Positions 48,836 to 57,332 of a DNA stretch of 64,000 nt are shown in pieces. Under the pieces are notes generated by a model, which did not search any database, was not told where the DNA came from, and saw only the letters and a program-made list of their open reading frames with translations. Within the stretch, counting starts at the first letter, position 1; every line of letters begins with the position of its first letter. This stretch comes from Myxococcota bacterium (GTDB taxonomy: Bacteria > Myxococcota_A > UBA796 > CAJQPC01). Location of the stretch: positions 115,902 to 179,901 of the forward strand of contig JAZAMN010000004.1 of NCBI GenBank assembly GCA_036229005.1, given 5' to 3'. A program made the translations under genes and the position numbers.

Positions 48836-48890
48836 CCCCGATACCTGACCCCCCGATACCCGATACCCGATACCTGACCCCCGATCCCCC
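48836..48890. repeat. Solo heptamer (CCGATAC) tract matching the right end of the 0.6-2.2 kb units
   Basis: CCCCGATACCTGACCCCCCGATACCCGATACCCGATACCTGACCCCCGATC. Confidence 0.75.
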
Positions 48891-48891
48891 G

Positions 48892-49137
48892 TCAGAACAT
48901 CCGCTGCGCCTTCTCCATATCGAAGCGCCCGTCCTCTTTGGCCTCCCAGTAGCTCTCCGCCTCGGGGTCGATCTCCGGCGGGCTCACCAGCCGCTTGCCG
49001 ATGAGCTTGAACACCACCGCGACCGGCGCCACCGCGAAGATGTAGACCGCCGCCATCAGGATGGCGTTCTGCGCGCTGATCAGCTTGTGGGAGAAGCCCT
49101 TCCAGGCCTTCCAGATGACTTTGTGGAGCGCCAGCAT
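48892..49137 (-). CDS. Small membrane protein, SxtJ-like
   Basis: W.AW..F...L...QN.IL..VY, SYW, terminal RMF. Confidence 0.7.
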   Translation of the reverse strand: MLALHKVIWKAWKGFSHKLISAQNAILMAAVYIFAVAPVAVVFKLIGKRLVSPPEIDPEAESYWEAKEDGRFDMEKAQRMF

Positions 49138-49140
49138 CGG

Positions 49141-49323
49141 CTACATCAACGTGTAGACGAAGGGCAGCACCGGGCTGGACTCCGCGAACAGGATGAAGGC
49201 CACCATCGCCAGCAACACCAGCACGATGGGGGTCATCCACCAGGCCTTCTCGTGCTTGATGAAGGCCCAGAACTCGGCCAGCAGGCCGCGCTGTTCGGTG
49301 GGAAGCTGAGGACGGTCGCTCAT
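49141..49323 (-). CDS. DUF5989-family small membrane protein
   Basis: EFWAF....KAWWMTPI...PFVYTL. Confidence 0.8.
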   Translation of the reverse strand: MSDRPQLPTEQRGLLAEFWAFIKHEKAWWMTPIVLVLLAMVAFILFAESSPVLPFVYTLM

Positions 49324-49352
49324 GGCTCGCTCGCAGGGTGGGCCCAAGCCTA

Positions 49353-50750
49353 TCACCGCCCCCGGGGGACACGCACCACGAAGCGCCCCAAGGGCCCAGC
49401 GTCCACAGGCTCCCCAGGTTGACCCGGCCGCCAGTCCACGATCAGGCCGGGGGCTGCGGTCTGCGACCCAATGACCTCGCGTTCGGACTCCGACCGGCGA
49501 AGTGCGACAGCCAGGTGGGCGCTCCAGGGGTGGGTGGTCTGGACCTCGCAGGGGATCGATCCCTCCCCCAAGACCAGGACGGGACCCTCGGGGGCCCGGC
49601 GCGCGGCCTCGACCACGGCGCTGAGGCCCCAGTCGGAGGGCTCGGGCGGACGCAGCCAGACCTGGGGACAGCCGTGGAGCAGCGCAGAGTTGGGCGCAGG
49701 GGCGCGCGACATGGGACTGGGCAGGACGGAGAGCCACGCGGTCCAGGCGGCCAGCAGCGGGGTGCCCCAAGCCAGGCGCGGCGCCCACTGGAGGGCCGCG
49801 GTGACGAGCAGGCCCGTGGCCGGAAGCAGCGGCAGCATCAGGCGCTCGTACTTGTTGGGGAGCAGGAGGAGGAGCAGGATCCCGCTGGCCCAGATCCCGG
49901 CCACAACCCCCAGCCGCCGCTGCCCTCGGAACGCGGCCACGATCCCGACCCCAGCGAGGACAAGCTGAAGCGGCCCCAGCGCCGGAGCCCACAGGGCCCG
50001 CGGGTAGAAGGCGAGGTGCGCGAGCAGCCCGGCGTCGCCCTGGTGGGTGGCCGAGCTGAGCAGGTAGCCGCCTTGACCGTCCAGGTTGTTCACGACCCAG
50101 GGCAGGGCCAGCAGCAGGCCCACGGGCAGGGCCAACAGCTCCTTGCGCCAGCGCACCAGGCCCAGCACGGGGGCGGCCAGATAGAGCGCGGCGCTCTGCT
50201 TGACCAAGAAGGCGAAGGCCAGGGACAGGCCCAGCAGGGCGGCGCTCGCCCAGGTGCCGCGCTGCCGTTGGTGGAGGGCGGCCAGGATGGCGAGGGCGAC
50301 GGCGAAGGCGAGCATCCCCTCGGGCATGAAGTGCCGGGAGAGGCCGGTGTTCAGAGGCAGCCACAGGGTCGCAGCGGCCCCCAGCGCAGCGGCCCCAGGA
50401 TCTGCGCCCAGCCGGCGCGCGATGGCGCCCACACACACAGCGGCGCCCAGAGCAAAGAGAAGGTTGATGCTCCGGACTTTTGGGTCCGAGGGGTGCCCGC
50501 CCAGGGCCCACCACCAGAGCCCGACGCTTGCTGCATAGGCGGGCGGATAGTCGCCCATCTCCCCCGACCAGAGGCGCTGCAGAGCCTGCGCGGGTTGGCC
50601 CTGCTCCAGGTCGTAGCGGTAGAGCTCGGCGGCGCCGATGTGGCCCATCTCATCGCCATCCACGGGCAGGCGGTCTACGCTCAGCCACCACCCCGAGAGG
50701 GCCAGCCAGGCCGCCGCCAGCAGCCCCGCCAGCGCCAGCCGCAGCTTCAC
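49353..50750 (-). CDS. ArnT/PMT-like (GT-C) membrane glycosyltransferase
   Basis: GDEMGH, YPPAY, FMPE, LVKQ; GTGA overlap with upstream gene. Confidence 0.78.
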   Translation of the reverse strand: MKLRLALAGLLAAAWLALSGWWLSVDRLPVDGDEMGHIGAAELYRYDLEQGQPAQALQRLWSGEMGDYPPAYAASVGLWWWALGGHPSDPKVRSINLLFALGAAVCVGAIARRLGADPGAAALGAAATLWLPLNTGLSRHFMPEGMLAFAVALAILAALHQRQRGTWASAALLGLSLAFAFLVKQSAALYLAAPVLGLVRWRKELLALPVGLLLALPWVVNNLDGQGGYLLSSATHQGDAGLLAHLAFYPRALWAPALGPLQLVLAGVGIVAAFRGQRRLGVVAGIWASGILLLLLLPNKYERLMLPLLPATGLLVTAALQWAPRLAWGTPLLAAWTAWLSVLPSPMSRAPAPNSALLHGCPQVWLRPPEPSDWGLSAVVEAARRAPEGPVLVLGEGSIPCEVQTTHPWSAHLAVALRRSESEREVIGSQTAAPGLIVDWRPGQPGEPVDAGPLGRFVVRVPRGR

Positions 50751-52561
50751 GGGCGGCCCCAGACCACGAAGGCGAGGGCGGCCAGGACCGCGGCGCCGCT
50801 GAGGCCCCAGCGCAGGGGCTTGCTGGGGAGCGCGCTGGTGTTGCAGGCGATCGAGACGCCGGAGAGCGCCAGCAGCGGCAGGAAGTAGTGGGTGGGGAAG
50901 TGGTCGATGGTGCACAGCAGCAGGCTGTAGAGGCCCGCCGCGCCGAGCACCCAGCGGCCCTCGCGGGAGGCCAGGGGGAGCGCCGCCAGCAGGCCGAAGC
51001 CGGTGTAGCGCAGCCAGGTCCAGTAGAAGGCCGGGGGGCGGGCCCAGATCGCGGCGGCCTCGCCGTTGTTGTCGTAGTGCTCGGGGACGGTCTCGAACCA
51101 GAGGATGAAGAGCCAGTCGCCCAGCGCGCCGGAGAGCAGGGCCACAACCCCGAACACCCCGGCCAGCGCGAGCACCGCGACGCCCAGATCCCGCAGGCGA
51201 GGCCAGAGGCGGCCCTGGGGCCAGAACCAGTGGTGGAGCGCCACGCCCAGGACCACCGCCACCACGCCGGGGTAGCGCAGCAGGCCCGCGAGCAGGGTGA
51301 GCAGCACGAAGCGCCCGCGTCCCGCGCCCCCGCCCGGCATGGCGAAGGCCGACAGCGCCCCCACCAGCGCCGCGGCGTAGAGGCTGTCCGGGAAGTTCAC
51401 CGAGCCGGGCTGCAGCATGAGCTCGGCGTGGACCAGGACCATCGCCGGGGGGAGCAGCCAGGCGGGGAGAGGCGCGCGCGGGGAGAGCTGCTCGACCAGG
51501 CGCAGCGCCTGGGCACCCAAGAGCAGCAGCACCCACGCAAAGAGCAGCCCCGCGCCGGGCATGTCCGCGCTCAAGGTCGCCGACGCCACGGCCAGCACGA
51601 AGGACCACAGCGGGGGCTGGTTGACGGTCAGCAGGCGCTCGCCGGCCAGCAGCTCCTGGGCCCAGATCTGGTTCTCCACCAGGTTCAGGAGCTGGTAGTA
51701 GTGGGCGAAGCGCACCACGCCGGCCTCGTCGAGGGACCACGGCGCCGCCTGACCCGGCAGCAGGTAGAGCTCGACGGGCCCGGTGGCCTCGAGCTTGATG
51801 TCCAGGGTGCCCGGCCGCACGCTCAGGGGCAGCGCGATGACGCCGCGCTCCAGGTAGCGGCGCACCTCGCCCTCTTCGGACTGCACCTGGACCGAGGCGG
51901 CGACCTTCTCCGCGGGGGCCCACTGCCCAGCCTGTCCTGCCTGCACCAGGGAGCCGATGGGGCCGCGCAGCAACAGCATGACCTCGCCGGCGGTCTGGAT
52001 CTCCAGGGTGCCGCCGTCGAGCTCGGGGTCCAGGAGGTGGGCCGCGCCAGCCTCGGGCCACCCGATCCGCTCCACCTCGAAGCCCTGCCCCTCGGCCCAC
52101 TCCACGGGGGGCTCGGAGAGGGTCTCGGTGTGCTGCGACCACCACCAGGCGTCCAGAGGGCGCAGGAGCTCGTCGGCGCGCAGACCGGTCCAGAGCACGA
52201 CGGCCACGAGCAGAGCGCCCAGGCCGGCCAGCACGCGGGGGCGCAGTCCGGGGAGGGGATCGGCGTTCCAGCCCAGCCAGACGCCGGGGAGCGCCCAGGC
52301 CACGCTCAGGCCCCAGAGCGTCCAGGGGTTCGCGCCGAGTCGGGCGCCGATCAGGACCGTGGGGACGGCCATCACGAGGCTCAGCCAGGCGCCGTCCAGG
52401 GCGATCTGCAGGGCGCTGTGCTGGCGGCGGTTCAGCCAGCGGGCGTAGCCGAGTCCGGGGGCCAGGAGCAGGCCGGGCAGCACGAGCAGGGCCTTGAGGG
52501 CCAGAGGCGGATCCACCGCGAGGCCGAGGGCTGCCAGCAGCAAGAGGGCGAGGGCGATCAC
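50747..52561 (-). CDS. Polytopic membrane protein, GT-C-like
   Basis: Many TM segments, periplasmic loop, NQPPLW, FPD, LRYPG. Confidence 0.6.
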   Translation of the reverse strand: MIALALLLLAALGLAVDPPLALKALLVLPGLLLAPGLGYARWLNRRQHSALQIALDGAWLSLVMAVPTVLIGARLGANPWTLWGLSVAWALPGVWLGWNADPLPGLRPRVLAGLGALLVAVVLWTGLRADELLRPLDAWWWSQHTETLSEPPVEWAEGQGFEVERIGWPEAGAAHLLDPELDGGTLEIQTAGEVMLLLRGPIGSLVQAGQAGQWAPAEKVAASVQVQSEEGEVRRYLERGVIALPLSVRPGTLDIKLEATGPVELYLLPGQAAPWSLDEAGVVRFAHYYQLLNLVENQIWAQELLAGERLLTVNQPPLWSFVLAVASATLSADMPGAGLLFAWVLLLLGAQALRLVEQLSPRAPLPAWLLPPAMVLVHAELMLQPGSVNFPDSLYAAALVGALSAFAMPGGGAGRGRFVLLTLLAGLLRYPGVVAVVLGVALHHWFWPQGRLWPRLRDLGVAVLALAGVFGVVALLSGALGDWLFILWFETVPEHYDNNGEAAAIWARPPAFYWTWLRYTGFGLLAALPLASREGRWVLGAAGLYSLLLCTIDHFPTHYFLPLLALSGVSIACNTSALPSKPLRWGLSGAAVLAALAFVVWGRP

Positions 52562-53460
52562 GCGGCACGCTCGGCGTCGATGCAGGCGCGCAGGCCGGCG
52601 TCCAGGTCGATCCGGGGCTGGTAGCCCAAGAGGGAGGCGCAGAGGCTGGGGTCCCCGCAGAAGCGCGCGACCTCACCGCTCCGGGTGGGGAGGGCGCCGG
52701 GCATGATGAGGGAGCGGTCGGCGCCAGCGAGGTCGAAGATGCGCTGGACGATCTGGAGGACGGGCAGCTCGGGCCCGCCGCAGAGGTTGAGGGTGTGGCC
52801 CCACAGCCCGGACTCCGCGGCCATGGCGATGCCGCGGGCCAGGTCCTGGACGTGGTTGAGCTCGCGGGTCTGGGCGCCGGCGGTCATGGGGAAGGGCTCC
52901 CGGCGCACGGCGGCTCGGACGGCGGCGGGCACCAGTCCGCGGCGCTCCTGGTGGGGGCCGTAGGCCAGAAATGGGCGGAGAATGAGCGCTCTGAGGCCCT
53001 GGGTGCGGGCGAGGGTGGAGACCCAGAGCTCGGCGGCGGCCTTGGCGGCGGAGTAGGGCGACACGGGCTGGGGGCGCTGGGACTCGTGAAAGGGGGCGGG
53101 GCCGTCCCCGTAGACCTCGCAGGTGGACACGAGCACCAGGGGGGTGTCGGTGGCTGCGCAGGCCCGGGCGATGTGGGCGGTGGTCTGGAGCACCCCGGTC
53201 TGCATCTCCTCCCAGAGCGCGGGGTCCCGCGCCGGGTTCACGGGGCTGCCCAGGTGGAGGACGCGCGCGGGGCGGCTCTCGTGGATCCAGGCGGCCAGCT
53301 CGGGGCCGTTGTCGGGGACGGCGGGCAGGAGGAGGGGCTGGACTCCGGGCGGCACAGGGCGGGTACGCTGCACCCCCACGACAGCGTGGCCCGCGTCAGT
53401 GAGCAGGGGACAGAGGGCGCGGCCGAGGAAACCGCTGGCGCCGGTGACGAGGGTGGGCAC
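52558..53460 (-). CDS. NAD-dependent epimerase/dehydratase
   Basis: VTGASGFLG, STCEVYG, YSAAK, AYGP. Confidence 0.92.
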   Translation of the reverse strand: MPTLVTGASGFLGRALCPLLTDAGHAVVGVQRTRPVPPGVQPLLLPAVPDNGPELAAWIHESRPARVLHLGSPVNPARDPALWEEMQTGVLQTTAHIARACAATDTPLVLVSTCEVYGDGPAPFHESQRPQPVSPYSAAKAAAELWVSTLARTQGLRALILRPFLAYGPHQERRGLVPAAVRAAVRREPFPMTAGAQTRELNHVQDLARGIAMAAESGLWGHTLNLCGGPELPVLQIVQRIFDLAGADRSLIMPGALPTRSGEVARFCGDPSLCASLLGYQPRIDLDAGLRACIDAERAA

Positions 53461-53487
53461 GGGGGGAGGGTACCGCGCCCGGGGCGC

Positions 53488-54585
53488 TCAGATCTCCAGG
53501 CGGGAGTCTTCGGTCACGGCGAACACGCCGTCGAGCACCAGGGAGCGGTCGGCTACGCGGATGCGGCCGGAGACCTCGCCGTAGTACTGGTTGAAGTCGC
53601 CCTGGGCGAGCACTCCCTGCCGCTGCTCGCGACGCTGGAATCGGGGGTGGAAGCGCAGGTCCATCCAGTCGTCGCCGGGGGCGTCGGAGACGATGCGCCA
53701 GGGGGTGGTGCGGCGGGTCTCGGGGTCGAGCACCTGGTAGTCGAAGCGGGCGGAGGGGATCTTGTAGAGGCCCTCCTCCAGCCAGACGGCGTACTTCTGG
53801 GAGTTCACGATGGGGACGGCGTCGGGGCGGTCCTTGGCGACCTGGAGGCCGAAGCGCACGCGCTGCTTGCGGCCCCGGTCCCAGGCGCTGCCCGCGCAGG
53901 CGATCCAGTTCCAGTTCTGCAGGCCGCGCTGGTGGCCGATGGTGCGGTCGACGGTGCCCAGGCTGCCCGCGGGGATGACGAAGAGGCGGTCGCCGATGGT
54001 GAGGGCGCCGTGCTCGACCTCCAGGTTGCCATAGAACTGGAGGCTGCCGCGGCCGCGGTGGAAGCGGGTGGACTGGACGAGATCGGGGCCCAGGCAGCGC
54101 CGGGCGATGACCTGCAGGTGCAGGTGGTCGACGTGGAGGCTGATCTCGTAGCGCTGGCCGTCCGGGCTGACGCGGATGAAGGAGTGGGTGTCGGGGTCGT
54201 GAAAGCAGCGGGCGTCGTCCGAGACCTGGACGTGGACGTTGGGGTAGAGCCGCGTGCGGGTGGCGTGCTCGAAGGCGCCGCTGGGCTTGTGGGCGACGAG
54301 CAGGGCGACGTTGGCGGCGCGGGTGAGGTTGGCGAGGTTGCAGACGATGAAGTGGTCGCCGGCGTCGATGCTGATGTGGAACCAGCGCTGCAGGGCGATG
54401 CCCAGGGCCGCGGAGTCGTCCAGGTTGAGCGCGCCGTTGAACTCGGTGAACCAGCCGGGCACGTAGCGGCCGTCGCTGCCGATGATTGCGGGCGGGCCGG
54501 GGCGGCGACGGAGGTAGTCCACCGTCTCCACGGTCTCCGGCGCGCGGCCGGCGGCGAGTTCGAGGCGATCGAGGATTCTCGGCAT
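53488..54585 (-). CDS. DUF2804-like protein
   Basis: QRWF, WNW, LRFHP..RRE, F.QYYG.VSG, FAVTED pattern. Confidence 0.65.
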   Translation of the reverse strand: MPRILDRLELAAGRAPETVETVDYLRRRPGPPAIIGSDGRYVPGWFTEFNGALNLDDSAALGIALQRWFHISIDAGDHFIVCNLANLTRAANVALLVAHKPSGAFEHATRTRLYPNVHVQVSDDARCFHDPDTHSFIRVSPDGQRYEISLHVDHLHLQVIARRCLGPDLVQSTRFHRGRGSLQFYGNLEVEHGALTIGDRLFVIPAGSLGTVDRTIGHQRGLQNWNWIACAGSAWDRGRKQRVRFGLQVAKDRPDAVPIVNSQKYAVWLEEGLYKIPSARFDYQVLDPETRRTTPWRIVSDAPGDDWMDLRFHPRFQRREQRQGVLAQGDFNQYYGEVSGRIRVADRSLVLDGVFAVTEDSRLEI

Positions 54586-54632
54586 GGACTCAGGGTATCC
54601 CTTTGCTTCACTGGGATCGGATACTGGATTGC

Positions 54633-55919
54633 ATGCGCACAGATTTCCTGAACCAGTCCGCGGTCGATCAAGGCCTGCAGCTCCCGAGCGACACCCTGGG
54701 CCATGAGGCCACGGCCACGCGCCTTCTGGCCTGGAGCGCGCAGCTCCCGGCGGGTGCGGTGATCGCGGTGCAGGGCGACTGGGGGCGGGGCAAGACGGAC
54801 GTGCTGGCGCGGGTGGCCGCCCAGACGGTGCGCAACCCGGGGCCCGCGGGGTCGGCGCTCTGGCTGAACCCCTGGCAGTACGGGACGCCGGATCTGCTCA
54901 CGCCGCTGGTGCAGGCGCTGCAGGAGCGGGCCGGGGTCCACGACAACGCCAGGCTCCGCGCGGCGGCCTCGCGGCTGGTGAAGGCGGGGGTGAACTTTGG
55001 GCTCAAGGCAGCGGGGGAGGCCATCCCGGGGGGGCAGCTCCTCGAGATCGCCTCGCCGGCGGTGCAGAGCCTGCTGGAGGGGGAGTCGGAGAGCGGGTCC
55101 CAGAAGGTGGACCCGGTGATGGAGATGGCCCAGGACTTCCGCGAGCTGACCCTGGCGGCGCTGGGCGACTACGCGGACGTGGGGACGCGGCTGATCGTCT
55201 GCGTGGACGACCTGGACCGCTGCCTGCCCGGCCGACAGGTGGCGCTGCTGCAGGGGCTGCGCTTTCTGGTGGCGGCGGGGGCGCCGGTGACGCTGCTGAT
55301 CGCGCTGGATCCGGTGCTCGCGCACGCGGGGGTGCGGCTGCACTACGGCGCGCAGGAGATCGACGCGGACCGCTACCTGGACAAGATCTTCGACCTGCGC
55401 TTGAGCCTGCCGGGGCTGGACCCGCTGGCGGTGGCGGCCTTCTTCTCGTCGCGGCTGCAGCAGCCGGTGCGCACCGAGCGCGGCGACTTCCCCCTGGCCG
55501 AGCAGCTCTCGCTCCCTTGGCTTGAGGTGCACGCCGGGGCGATCGCACCGGTGCAGAGCCTGCGGAATCCGCGGGTGCTGGCGCGGCTCTGCGACAAGCT
55601 GCGGGTGCTCGCAGCGACAGGGGACCTGCCGGCTCCGCCCACCCAGGCGCACGCGGAGAGCCTGCTCCTGTGGCTGGCATTTGGGGAGCGCTGGCCGCGG
55701 CATCGGGCGCTGGTGCAGGCGGCGCCGGACTTCGCGGTGCGCCTGAGTGCGCTGGCGCGGCAGGTGGGCGGGCACCCCGGACAGGCCTATGACCCCGCCC
55801 CCGAGGTGCAGGCGCTGGCGCGAGACCCGCAGCTTGGTGTGGTGCTGGATCGCCTGCTGGAGAGCGATCTGGGCTGGCTGGCCAAGGAGAGCCGGGCGCT
55901 GGGGGCGCTGGGGATCTGA
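54633..55919 (+). CDS. KAP-family P-loop NTPase
   Basis: GDWGRGKT Walker A, NPWQY, VDDLDRC Walker B, YLDKIF, RNPR. Confidence 0.88.
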   Translation: MRTDFLNQSAVDQGLQLPSDTLGHEATATRLLAWSAQLPAGAVIAVQGDWGRGKTDVLARVAAQTVRNPGPAGSALWLNPWQYGTPDLLTPLVQALQERAGVHDNARLRAAASRLVKAGVNFGLKAAGEAIPGGQLLEIASPAVQSLLEGESESGSQKVDPVMEMAQDFRELTLAALGDYADVGTRLIVCVDDLDRCLPGRQVALLQGLRFLVAAGAPVTLLIALDPVLAHAGVRLHYGAQEIDADRYLDKIFDLRLSLPGLDPLAVAAFFSSRLQQPVRTERGDFPLAEQLSLPWLEVHAGAIAPVQSLRNPRVLARLCDKLRVLAATGDLPAPPTQAHAESLLLWLAFGERWPRHRALVQAAPDFAVRLSALARQVGGHPGQAYDPAPEVQALARDPQLGVVLDRLLESDLGWLAKESRALGALGI

Positions 55920-55949
55920 GCGCTGCGCGGTGCTGCTACGCTCGGGGGG

Positions 55950-57332
55950 ATGCGTGCCCGTCTCCCCGAGCTGCTGGCCGTCGCGGTGGCCCTGGCGGTG
56001 GTGCTCCTGAACCTTGACGCCCCGCTGGTGGACGACAGCCTGTTCTGGTGGGTCCCCAAGGCGCTGTCGGTGGCCGAGTCCGGGCCTGCGGTGGTGCTCG
56101 ACACCCTGCCTCAGGCCGCCGCTGTAGGACCGACGCCGCCGCAGTGGGCGCAGGGGCTCCCGGACTACGCGCACCCGCCGCTGTGGTTCTGGTACCTGGG
56201 GCTGTGGCTCAAGCTGCCGCTGGCGCCGCATGTGGCGGTGCACCTGGCGGCGCTGCCGCTGGCGATCGCGCTGGTGACCGGGACCGCTGCCTTGCTGAGG
56301 CGCGCTGGCGGTCCCCGAGCGGCCTTCGCGGCGGCGGCCATCCCGCTGCTCCCGCCCATCGCCGCGCAGCTCCTGCGGGCGGACACGGATCTGCCTCTGC
56401 TGGCGCTCACGCCCTGGGCGTTGGTGGCCCTGATGGACCGACGCTCGCTGGGCTTCGCCGTGTTGGCCGCGCTGGCCACCTGGTGCAAGGAGCCCGGGGT
56501 GCTGCTGGCGGCCCCGGCGGCCGGGGTGATGCTGCTGGACCGCCGGCTGGACTGGGCCTGGCTGGCGCCGCTGGCTGCCCTCGGGGCCTGGGCGGGGCTG
56601 CACCTGGCGCTCACCGGAGCCGGGCTGGCTGGGGCGGAGCGGCTGCCCGAGTCGCTGGGGGCGTGGGTCCGCGATCTGGGGCAGGTGCTCTGGCTGAGCT
56701 GCGGCGCGCAGGGACGCATCCTGTTGTGGCCGGGGGTGGCCTTTGCGCTGTGGCGGGGCGCTCGGCGGCGGCCCTGGGCGCTGCTGGCCCTGCATCTGGG
56801 CGTGCAGGTGCTGTTCTTTGGGACGCTCAACTTCCTGGGCGGGGTCGAGCGCCTGGATGCCCACACCCACGTCCGCTACCTGCTGCCCGCCATGCTCAGC
56901 GCCTTCGCGTTGGGGGCCGCGGCGCTGCCGGAGTCCAGCCTCGCGGTGGGGCTGCTCTCGCTGCTGCAGCTCTGGCGCCCCCACCCTTCGGGCCCCGAGG
57001 CCAGCCTCTACCAGCTCGACGTGGCCCGCGCGCTCCGCGAGCTGCCGCTGCCCGAAGAGCGCCCGCTCTGGGTGGGGAGCTACGCCGCGACCCAGCTCAC
57101 GCGGCCCTATGCGGGGCTGGTGTCCTCGCCGGTGGGCGAGGTGTCGATCTATGGGCCGGAGACTGTGCCGGCGGAGGTGGTGGGCCACCTGGTGGAGTCC
57201 GCCACGGGAGAGCCTCTGGGCCGCCTGCAGGAGCTGGAGCTGGAGCTGGTGGAGGAGCAGCGCGTGCGCTCGGGCTGGGCGCGCCTGTACCGGGTCAAGG
57301 GGATGCGCAGCGACGTGGCGCCGGGGCGCTGA
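55950..57332 (+). CDS. GT-C-like polytopic membrane glycosyltransferase
   Basis: DD, HPPL, DTDL, WCKE, RYLLP, many TM segments. Confidence 0.7.
   Translation: MRARLPELLAVAVALAVVLLNLDAPLVDDSLFWWVPKALSVAESGPAVVLDTLPQAAAVGPTPPQWAQGLPDYAHPPLWFWYLGLWLKLPLAPHVAVHLAALPLAIALVTGTAALLRRAGGPRAAFAAAAIPLLPPIAAQLLRADTDLPLLALTPWALVALMDRRSLGFAVLAALATWCKEPGVLLAAPAAGVMLLDRRLDWAWLAPLAALGAWAGLHLALTGAGLAGAERLPESLGAWVRDLGQVLWLSCGAQGRILLWPGVAFALWRGARRRPWALLALHLGVQVLFFGTLNFLGGVERLDAHTHVRYLLPAMLSAFALGAAALPESSLAVGLLSLLQLWRPHPSGPEASLYQLDVARALRELPLPEERPLWVGSYAATQLTRPYAGLVSSPVGEVSIYGPETVPAEVVGHLVESATGEPLGRLQELELELVEEQRVRSGWARLYRVKGMRSDVAPGR

Noticed and set aside
46527..48890. ORFs with VAFSGTCA/LRSAxLA-type repeats
   Set aside because: Equivalent repeat peptides appear in all frames because 31 is not a multiple of 3, indicating a non-coding origin
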